A DNA stretch of 33,542 nucleotides, from positions 1 to 33,542 of the forward strand of contig JAJYJX010000003.1 of assembly GCA_021789095.1 (NCBI GenBank). Direction: 5' to 3'. The notes under the pieces were generated by a model, which saw only the letters and a list, made by a program, of their open reading frames with translations, ran no database searches and had not been told where the DNA came from. Made by a program: the position numbers and the translations under genes. Source of the DNA: a bacterium. GTDB lineage: Bacteria; JAMCPX01. Positions 26,192 through 33,542 of the stretch are shown here, in pieces (the stretch's first letter is position 1; each line of letters starts with the position of its first letter).

Positions 26192-27583
26192 ATGGAGGCG
26201 AAACTTCACACCATTATTCTTGCAGCAGGCGAAGGCAAAAGGATGAAATCAGACATACCCAAGGTCTTCCACCCCGTAGGAGGGCTGCCAATGATAGAGT
26301 ATGTATTAAGGCGAGCAATAGAACTGCCTTCGGACAGGGTTATTGTTGTTGTAGGCACAGGTAAGGAAATAATAATGGACTATGTTTCAAAAAGGTACGA
26401 GGATGCCCTGTTTGTCCATCAGGATAAACAGCTTGGAACTGCGGATGCCGTAAAATCAGCAGCGCAGGAACTGTCACAGCTCGAAGGTGATGTGCTTATA
26501 CTCAACGGCGATGTTCCCCTGATCAAGCATACGCTTATAAAAGACTTTTACGAGCAGTATAAAAAATCGCGGGCCTCTCTCGGGTTTATCACTGCAACGC
26601 TTGATAATCCCGAGGGCTATGGAAGGGTTGTCAAAAGGTCCGGTAAGTTTCTGATCGTTGAAGAAAAGGATGCGGATGAAAGGATCAAAAAGGTAAAGGA
26701 AATCAACGCAGGCATATACATAGTGGCATGCAAGCTGCTTTTAAAAGCCGCGGAGAAGGTTAAGCCTTCCCGGGTAACAGGGGAGTATTATCTGACGGAT
26801 ATCGTAGGGATTATTCAGTCAATGAAGAAAAAGGTCACGAATTATCATACGGACGATACCGATCAGGTGCTCGGTATAAATGACAGGAAGGCGCTGGCGC
26901 ATTCTGAAAAAATACTGAACCGGAGGAAGCTGAACAGGCTTATGTCGGGGGGCGTAACCATTTTCGATCCCGATAACACATACATCGAGCAGGATGTCGT
27001 AATCGGCAAGGACAGTATCGTGTACCCGAACTGTTTTATAATGAACGGGACAAAGATCGGGAGAAGGTGCACGATATGGAACGGTTCGATTATAAAAGAC
27101 GCCAAATTAAATGACGGTGTCGAGGTAAGGCCGTATTCTATCATAGAACAGAGCATCATAGGCAGGGACGCAGTTCTCGGACCGTTTGCAAGGATCAGGC
27201 CTGAAAGTGTTCTGGATGACAATGTGCATATAGGTAATTTCGTGGAGATCAAGAAATCATCCCTTGGAAAAGGAACAAAGGCAAACCACCTTTCTTATAT
27301 AGGAGACGCGACCATAGGCAGCAGGGTTAACATAGGCGCAGGAACGATTACATGCAACTATGACGGCTTCAGGAAGAATCCAACGGTCATTGAAGACGAG
27401 GCTTTTATAGGCAGTAACACCGCGCTTGTTGCACCTGTACGTGTTGGAAAAGGCGCGATGATCGGTGCTGCATCTGCAATAACAAAAGATGTACCGGAAA
27501 ACGCCCTTGGCATAGAAAGGGCGGAACAGCGCAACATAGAAAGTTATGCCATAAAAAGAAAAAACAGACTGGGGCATAAATAA
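26192..27583 (+). CDS. glmU: Bifunctional UDP-GlcNAc pyrophosphorylase / acetyltransferase
   Basis: LAAGEGKRMKS, QLGTADAV, EYYLTD, hexapeptide repeats, GNFVEIK, ITCNYDG. Confidence 0.96.
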   Translation: MEAKLHTIILAAGEGKRMKSDIPKVFHPVGGLPMIEYVLRRAIELPSDRVIVVVGTGKEIIMDYVSKRYEDALFVHQDKQLGTADAVKSAAQELSQLEGDVLILNGDVPLIKHTLIKDFYEQYKKSRASLGFITATLDNPEGYGRVVKRSGKFLIVEEKDADERIKKVKEINAGIYIVACKLLLKAAEKVKPSRVTGEYYLTDIVGIIQSMKKKVTNYHTDDTDQVLGINDRKALAHSEKILNRRKLNRLMSGGVTIFDPDNTYIEQDVVIGKDSIVYPNCFIMNGTKIGRRCTIWNGSIIKDAKLNDGVEVRPYSIIEQSIIGRDAVLGPFARIRPESVLDDNVHIGNFVEIKKSSLGKGTKANHLSYIGDATIGSRVNIGAGTITCNYDGFRKNPTVIEDEAFIGSNTALVAPVRVGKGAMIGAASAITKDVPENALGIERAEQRNIESYAIKRKNRLGHK

Positions 27584-29412
27584 TGTGCGGCATAGTCGGA
27601 TATATAGGCAAAAGACACGCCCTGCCCATAATACTGGACGGCTTGAAAAGGCTCGAGTACAGAGGCTATGACTCATCGGGTGTTGCCATACTTACAGACA
27701 AAGGACTCAGCATAAAGAGAAAAAAGGGCAAGATAAAAGACCTCATTGAACTCGTCGAGCACGAGTCTATTGACGGCACAACAGGACTCGGGCATACACG
27801 CTGGGCAACTCACGGAAAGCCTTCGGACGAAAATGCACATCCGCACAGAGCAGGGGATGTTGTTGTAGTGCATAATGGGATAATAGAAAACTATACAGAG
27901 CTCAGATCGGCATTAAAGGGCAGGGGGCATCATTTTAAATCTGAAACCGATACCGAGATCATAGCCCATCTTATAGAGGACCATATAAAATCAGGCGAGT
28001 CATTCGAACAGGCTGTGCTTTCAGCTGTTAATCAGCTGAAGGGATCGTTTGCACTGGGCATCATGCATATAAAAACACCGGACAAACTTATAGCGGTGAG
28101 GGAGTCAAGCCCGCTTGTGCTGGGATTCGGTAACAGCGAAAACATCTTTGCATCAGACATGCCCGCCATTCTTCCTTACACAAACAAGATGCTGTTCATG
28201 AATGACGGCACTATGGCAGTTGTAACGGCGGACGTCGTACAGCTTACTGATTTTTCAGGCAAAAAGCTTGCTGCACAGCCAAAACAATTTGACATAAGTC
28301 CTGCGATGGCAGAAAAGGGCGGGTACAAGCATTTCATGCAGAAAGAGATCTTTGAGCAGCCCCATGCAATAACAGATACCATGCGGGACAGGATCCTGTT
28401 CGATACAAAGGAAGTAAATCTCGCGGAAGCAAGGATAGAAGAGAAACTCCTGAACTCGCTGAAGAGGATAAATTTTGTAGCATGCGGCACGTCCTACCAT
28501 GCCGGCCTCGCAGGCAAGTATATTATAGAAGAGATGACAGGCATACCGGTTGATGTCGATGTTGCGTCCGAGTTCAGGTACAGGAGCCCTCTCGTCGAAA
28601 AGGAAACGCTTACGATTGCAATATCCCAGTCGGGTGAAACGGCTGATACCATAGCGGCTATAAGACTCGCGAAAAAACATGGCAGCAGTGTTTTAAGTAT
28701 ATGCAACGTAATGGACAGCACTATTGCAAGAGAGTCCGATCATGTTCTTTACACGCATGCAGGGCCCGAGATAAGCGTTGCATCGACAAAGGCCTTTACA
28801 TCTCAGCTCACTTCAATCTATTTGCTGGCCATACATATCGGCAGGAGACTGAACAGGATCCCGAAACAGCAGGCAATAAAGTATGTCGACACCCTTATTG
28901 CGATCCCATCCATGCTGGACAATATACTGAAACAGGAAGATACACTTGCAGGCATTGCAAAGGAGTATTCAAAACATTCCGATTTCCTTTATCTGGGCAG
29001 GGGCATCAGCTACCCGGTTGCACTTGAAGGTGCGTTGAAACTCAAGGAGATTTCTTACATACACGCAGAGGGATATCCTGCCGGAGAGATCAAGCATGGC
29101 CCTATCGCCCTTGTAAGCCCCGATATGCCTGTCGTGTTTGTAGCAGTAAAGGGAAGAGTTTATGAAAAGATCAAAAACAATATTGAAGAAGTCAAGGCAA
29201 GGGACGGGAAGATCATAAGCATTACGACTGTTGACGGTGAAGAGATACAAAAACTTTCAGATGCCTCCTTTTTTATTCCCGAGACCGATGAAATGTTTAC
29301 GCCTATCCTGTCAGTGGTGCCGCTTCAGCTGTTTGCGTACCATATTGCCGTGCTGAACGGCACCGATGTCGATCAACCCAAGAACCTGGCAAAAAGCGTT
29401 ACCGTAGAATAA
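27583..29412 (+). CDS. glmS: Glutamine-fructose-6-phosphate aminotransferase
   Basis: MCGIVG, HTRWATHG, SQSGETAD, VASTK, KHGP, NLAKSVTVE. Confidence 0.98.
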   Translation: MCGIVGYIGKRHALPIILDGLKRLEYRGYDSSGVAILTDKGLSIKRKKGKIKDLIELVEHESIDGTTGLGHTRWATHGKPSDENAHPHRAGDVVVVHNGIIENYTELRSALKGRGHHFKSETDTEIIAHLIEDHIKSGESFEQAVLSAVNQLKGSFALGIMHIKTPDKLIAVRESSPLVLGFGNSENIFASDMPAILPYTNKMLFMNDGTMAVVTADVVQLTDFSGKKLAAQPKQFDISPAMAEKGGYKHFMQKEIFEQPHAITDTMRDRILFDTKEVNLAEARIEEKLLNSLKRINFVACGTSYHAGLAGKYIIEEMTGIPVDVDVASEFRYRSPLVEKETLTIAISQSGETADTIAAIRLAKKHGSSVLSICNVMDSTIARESDHVLYTHAGPEISVASTKAFTSQLTSIYLLAIHIGRRLNRIPKQQAIKYVDTLIAIPSMLDNILKQEDTLAGIAKEYSKHSDFLYLGRGISYPVALEGALKLKEISYIHAEGYPAGEIKHGPIALVSPDMPVVFVAVKGRVYEKIKNNIEEVKARDGKIISITTVDGEEIQKLSDASFFIPETDEMFTPILSVVPLQLFAYHIAVLNGTDVDQPKNLAKSVTVE

Positions 29413-30563
29413 TGGAACATTTATCCATTCTTTTTGATCTGTTTCTGATCTTTGTCAGTGCGAAACTCTTCAACTATCTCTTTCAAAAGATAAAAATACC
29501 CCCGATGATCGGTGAGATCGCCGCAGGCCTTGTCATAGGTGCAGGCGGTCTGCACCTGATAAAGGAAACCCCATTGCTTGATGCCTTTTCCGAGCTTGGT
29601 GCAATGATGCTCCTGTTTGTCGTCGGCCTTCATACGAGACTGAAGGACATGTTGAAAATAGGCGTCGATGCTACCGTTGTCGCCGTACTCGGTGTTGTTC
29701 TTCCCATGGTGCTGGGATATTCCTTTATTCTGTTTACGGAACACAAAGGCATTGAAGCGTTGTTTGTGGCAACAGCGCTGGTCGCAACGTCCGTGGGCAT
29801 AACAGCAAGGGTACTGAAAGACATGAATCTTGAGAATACTGTTTCAGCAAAGATCATACTTGGTGCCGCTGTTGCTGATGATATCCTCGGCTTGCTCGTG
29901 CTTGCAGTTGTAACAGGTGAGACCAACGGCAGTATCGATGTGTATAAGATCCTGTCATTATTCATTATCGTGGTTTTGTTTCTTGCGGGTATTTTCCTTA
30001 TAGGGAGCAGATCAATAAAAATGCTCAAGACAAGGCTGGAAAAGATGAAACTGGAAAAAAACGAATTTATCCTGAGCATGACGATCCTTCTCGGCCTTTC
30101 GTTCCTTACGTCTTATATCGGCATGGCAAGTATTGTTGGCGCTTTTTTCGCGGGATTGCTGATGGCGGAGCTTGAGGACCAGCACCTCGGGGACATGTTT
30201 GATTCCATATACGAGTTTCTGGTGCCGTTCTTTTTTGTCATGATAGGCATGAAGATCCAGCCGCACCTGCTCCTGAACAGCAGCATACTGCTGATAGCTG
30301 TGATCTACACGCTTATTGCAATTGCAGGGAAATATGTGGGCTGCGGCCTTGGCGCGGCACGGTACGGGTTCGGGGTGATGAACTTTGTAGGGCTGGGCAT
30401 GATACCGCGCGGGGAGGTAGGCATGATCGTTGCCCTTATCGGACTGAACATGGGCGTTATCAGCAGCAGTGCCTATGCGCTCATTATATTTATGGTCGTG
30501 GCAACAACACTGATCACGCCGTTCCTGCTGTCGTTTGCAGCAAAACACTGGCAGGTGAAATAA
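29412..30563 (+). CDS. CPA2 cation:proton antiporter
   Basis: Polytopic membrane protein; ATSVGIT, AAVADD, GMIPRGEV; TAATG coupling to glmS. Confidence 0.88.
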   Translation: MEHLSILFDLFLIFVSAKLFNYLFQKIKIPPMIGEIAAGLVIGAGGLHLIKETPLLDAFSELGAMMLLFVVGLHTRLKDMLKIGVDATVVAVLGVVLPMVLGYSFILFTEHKGIEALFVATALVATSVGITARVLKDMNLENTVSAKIILGAAVADDILGLLVLAVVTGETNGSIDVYKILSLFIIVVLFLAGIFLIGSRSIKMLKTRLEKMKLEKNEFILSMTILLGLSFLTSYIGMASIVGAFFAGLLMAELEDQHLGDMFDSIYEFLVPFFFVMIGMKIQPHLLLNSSILLIAVIYTLIAIAGKYVGCGLGAARYGFGVMNFVGLGMIPRGEVGMIVALIGLNMGVISSSAYALIIFMVVATTLITPFLLSFAAKHWQVK

Positions 30564-30648
30564 ACCCCGTTTAGAGACATATTTCTAGTAGAGGTAATTT
30601 TATCACAGAACAAAATTGACTTTTTATTATACGTGCCTCTAACGGGGT
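30564..30648. mobile_element. ACCCCGTTAGAAA-family element between convergent genes
   Basis: ACCCCGTTTAGAG ... CTCTAACGGGGT. Confidence 0.55.
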
Positions 30649-30675
30649 AACCCACCCTTGGAAATCCAGCCGTAG

Positions 30676-32142
30676 TCATCTGATTGTCTGCATAAACCTT
30701 TTGGCATGTCTATCATACTTCAATATAACCGTTTTTTTCTCTCCGGATGAAACCTTTATTTTCACTGTCCTTGTTCCGTACAACCTGTTTTTGAAAATAA
30801 GCGTGTATGCGCCGGATGGAATTTGCAGGCGGCTTAAAGGTGTTGGTCCGGCATACTTTTCAGTGCCGTGATCAACTATATAGACTTTTGCCCACGGGAT
30901 CGCATTGATAACAAGTGTTGCATGCGCAGCAGATGCAGGCTGTTTATGTTCAGTGGCATGGTGCTCAACAGGTACAGGATCATGGGCTTGCACCTTCGGT
31001 ATAACAAACGGATTGCTTGTACCGGAATACGGCCCAGAATACGGTATGATTGGCGATGCGGCGGGGTTTTTATGTACTGACTTTTTGTATTGAACAAACA
31101 CCATTGTGCTTACCATGAGAATTACCAGACAAATAACGCCTGCAATATACAGCAGGCCGGGATCCCTCTTTTTATCCTGTTTGTTATCACCGGTCATACG
31201 CGTATGCCTGCTGTCTTCATATGCTTGCACACTGAACAGTTTATTCAGGTGCTCCGAAAGCAGCTCCCTGGCTGAACCGCTGTCATGCATGTAATGCTCA
31301 AGGGCTTTCTTAAACGATGCCGGATCATAAAACCTGTCGGACGGTGCAGGGGACAACGCTTTTATCACTATATCATTCAGGCTGTATGGTATTGATGGAT
31401 TGAGCTGTAAAGGAGTGTGTTCAATGTTTGCTGACTGGACCTGCCGTAAAAGTATCATATCGGTATCACCGGAATAAGCCTGTTTGTGCGTGATAAGCTC
31501 GTATAAAACAAGTGCTGTTGAATACAGATCACTTCTATGATCCAAAACCTCGCCCCTTGCCTGCTCGGGTGACATATACCTGATCTTGCCTTTTAATGTG
31601 CCAGCTGTCGTTGTTGTTATTGAACCTCTGACTTTCGCTATGCCGAAGTCCGTCAGCTTGACATCGCCTTCATACGACAGGAGTATGTTCTGGGGCGTGA
31701 TGTCCCTGTGCACAATACCAAGGCCTTCGCCCCGGGTATCTTTAAGTTTGCAGGTATATGCAATGGCATTCAGTATCTCCGTAATGATGTAGACGGAGAT
31801 TTCCATCTGCGGGTCAATAGCATTACTGATGAGTCCATGAATAAACCTGGACAGATCAATACCATCGACATACTCCATTGTTATATACAGTCTTTTATCT
31901 ATCTCACCGAAATCCACTATCTGAACGATATTTGGGTGTACCAGCTTTGCACTGATCCTTGCTTCATCCGTAAACATCCTTACAAAGGCAGGGTCGCAGA
32001 TTAATTGCTCATGGATCATTTTAAAAGCGACAGTCTTTTCAAAATTGTGAGGACCTGTCATGACGGCTTTGTAAACATCGGCCATACCGCCGCTTGCTAT
32101 AAGCTTTATGATTTTGTATCTGCCGAAGTTTTTATTGTTCAT
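30676..32142 (-). CDS. Membrane-bound Hanks-type Ser/Thr kinase with PEGA-like C-terminal domain
   Basis: GGMADVY, VAFK, HRDITPQN, DFG, YMSPE; TM LLYIAGVICLVILMVSTMVFV; INAIPWAKVYI..GPTPL tail; ATG 32142 preferred over 32151. Confidence 0.9.
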   Translation of the reverse strand: MNNKNFGRYKIIKLIASGGMADVYKAVMTGPHNFEKTVAFKMIHEQLICDPAFVRMFTDEARISAKLVHPNIVQIVDFGEIDKRLYITMEYVDGIDLSRFIHGLISNAIDPQMEISVYIITEILNAIAYTCKLKDTRGEGLGIVHRDITPQNILLSYEGDVKLTDFGIAKVRGSITTTTAGTLKGKIRYMSPEQARGEVLDHRSDLYSTALVLYELITHKQAYSGDTDMILLRQVQSANIEHTPLQLNPSIPYSLNDIVIKALSPAPSDRFYDPASFKKALEHYMHDSGSARELLSEHLNKLFSVQAYEDSRHTRMTGDNKQDKKRDPGLLYIAGVICLVILMVSTMVFVQYKKSVHKNPAASPIIPYSGPYSGTSNPFVIPKVQAHDPVPVEHHATEHKQPASAAHATLVINAIPWAKVYIVDHGTEKYAGPTPLSRLQIPSGAYTLIFKNRLYGTRTVKIKVSSGEKKTVILKYDRHAKRFMQTIR

Positions 32143-32476
32143 CAATGACAACCCTGTCCCCGGGTCTGATATCGAACCGTGAAGACAAACCGTATTTTAT
32201 CTCAAGAACACTGCAAGCCCTTTTAACTGGCATAGAGAACCTGAACGGTTTGAGATGTTTTACAGCAATAACTTCCAATGAGCTGTTCAGAAATATCGCA
32301 TCAATGCTGAAAAGCATGAACATGCTGTGCACACAATTGCACCCCGTTATAAGCAATGCGCAATCATCGGGCAAATCACACCTGAACATCAAGCCTTTCA
32401 ATCTGTCGGGAATTGTACCGGCGATGAACAGTTTAAAGCATGCCTTACTGCTTGTCCCGTTAGAAAGCCTCGCCAT
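32132..32476 (-). CDS. DUF192 family protein
   Basis: R.KGLMFR, VHSMFMLFSIDAIFL, VLEI, I.PGD; start uncertain, ATG 32476 avoids overlap with the upstream gene. Confidence 0.8.
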   Translation of the reverse strand: MARLSNGTSSKACFKLFIAGTIPDRLKGLMFRCDLPDDCALLITGCNCVHSMFMLFSIDAIFLNSSLEVIAVKHLKPFRFSMPVKRACSVLEIKYGLSSRFDIRPGDRVVIDEQ

Positions 32477-32547
32477 TTTCAGCCCAGAGCTGATCCGTCT
32501 CTGACAGAATGGCAGGAATAATATGATAAACCCCTTTCTAACGGGGT
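32456..32547. mobile_element. ACCCCGTTAGAAA-family element spanning a gene junction
   Basis: CCCGTTAGAAA from 32456 ... TTTCTAACGGGGT (32535-32547). Confidence 0.6.
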
Positions 32548-33542
32548 TTGCAGGTGATGATGTGCTCTTTGATCTTTTTATAAACATCAGAGCCCCCCTG
32601 CGCGATTATGGCTGCCTGTTTATAAAGCCTGCATGCCTCCGGCTTGTTTGCGCCTGACAGGACATAAGCCCTTTTATAGAGCTCGTTTGCCTTTTCATTT
32701 AATGCAAGAAACCCGGCTGCAGCCTCTGAGTTTGAAGGATCGCATCCTGACGACTTTTCGAAATATCCGTTTGCCTGCTGATACGATTGTTTCGCAAGGG
32801 CTTCTTTGCCGAGCATGCTGTATGCACCGGCCAGAAAAAGGTTTATTGCAGACCTGCAGGAAGAATCATGGATATTTAATAAAGAATCGAATCTTTTTGC
32901 CTTCTCCAAATATGCTGCAGCAAGATTGTAGCGTTGCTGTGCATGGGCAGTTTTGCCAAGATTCAGATACTTGTTTATAGTGCCTGCAATAACGAGCTTT
33001 CTTGTATTACTTTCAGAATGCGTTTCTGACCACAGCTTCATTGCTTTATCAAGCTCGCATCTTCTATATGCATTATCTCCGTCATCGTGTTCAATACTGC
33101 TTTTACGGATATGCTTCGGGCCAGGATTGCGGGCAGTGCGCACATGGATCATGGACAGGAGTTCTTTGGAGTCCTGGTTTGAGGGGTCCATTTTTATTAT
33201 GTCATTTGCCAGTTCTTCTGCCTCTTTAAACATGCCGCTGGAGTACATTGTTGTTGCGGTTTGAAGTTCGGCATTCAATTGTTTCTGCTTTATTTGCCGG
33301 ATAAGAATTTCAGCCCTTTCCCTGTAAAGGGCATTTGACGTAAAGGCTGAGAGGGCATTGCAGGCTTCCGTAAGCATGCCAGACGCTTGCATTTTCTGTG
33401 CAGAGTCCCATGCATCTTCAAGCCTTTGCAGCCCTGAGAGCTGTTTGTCCAGGGATGATATGGTTTGCGAAGTGTAGCCACGGTGCTTGATAATACCCGA
33501 TAGCCGCTGTGCTGTCTGGATATCGCTATGTTTTAAGGCTGT
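32538..33542 (-). CDS. TPR-repeat protein, 3' part (frame open to window end)
   Basis: Helical repeats ending DPSN (IIKMDPSNQ, SGCDPSNSEA); manual translation shows no stop between 33392 and 33542. Confidence 0.75.
   Translation of the reverse strand, partial: TALKHSDIQTAQRLSGIIKHRGYTSQTISSLDKQLSGLQRLEDAWDSAQKMQASGMLTEACNALSAFTSNALYRERAEILIRQIKQKQLNAELQTATTMYSSGMFKEAEELANDIIKMDPSNQDSKELLSMIHVRTARNPGPKHIRKSSIEHDDGDNAYRRCELDKAMKLWSETHSESNTRKLVIAGTINKYLNLGKTAHAQQRYNLAAAYLEKAKRFDSLLNIHDSSCRSAINLFLAGAYSMLGKEALAKQSYQQANGYFEKSSGCDPSNSEAAAGFLALNEKANELYKRAYVLSGANKPEACRLYKQAAIIAQGGSDVYKKIKEHIITCKPR

Noticed and set aside
29370-29450. Tn7 insertion at the glmS attTn7 site
   Set aside because: glmS is directly coupled to an intact antiporter gene; no Tn7 end or tns genes.

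Overview
Chromosomal window from a bacterium. Gene content (PilGHI/Xap-like pilin locus, sigma54-type pilin promoter, kinase with PEGA-like tail, hslVU-argBDF) suggests a deltaproteobacterial, Myxococcota/Desulfobacterota-like lineage; this is inference. Housekeeping blocks: partial ppiD-like gene, fabI, accC/pccB, mutS-topA-dprA, xerC-hslV-hslU-argB-argD-argF-glmU-glmS-antiporter, and a kinase/DUF192/TPR cluster. The accessory part (about 4.5-13.7 kb) is a type IV pilin locus saturated with short palindromic repeats; about 30 GTCATTCC..GGAATCCAG units occur in the window, plus sister families and several MITE-like elements. Top signal: a small GIY-YIG nuclease gene fills the spacer of one repeat doublet and is flanked by ~94-bp direct repeats, while short-spacer doublets of the same geometry are scattered elsewhere. 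This is a candidate nuclease-associated REP-like mobile system. The same repeats are translated in frame inside the pilin-linked ABC ATPase. Also present are an uninterrupted second pilin copy lacking its N-terminal helix and two unannotated paralogous small basic ORFs. No rRNA, tRNA or CRISPR array was recognised. All calls were made by eye, without database searches.
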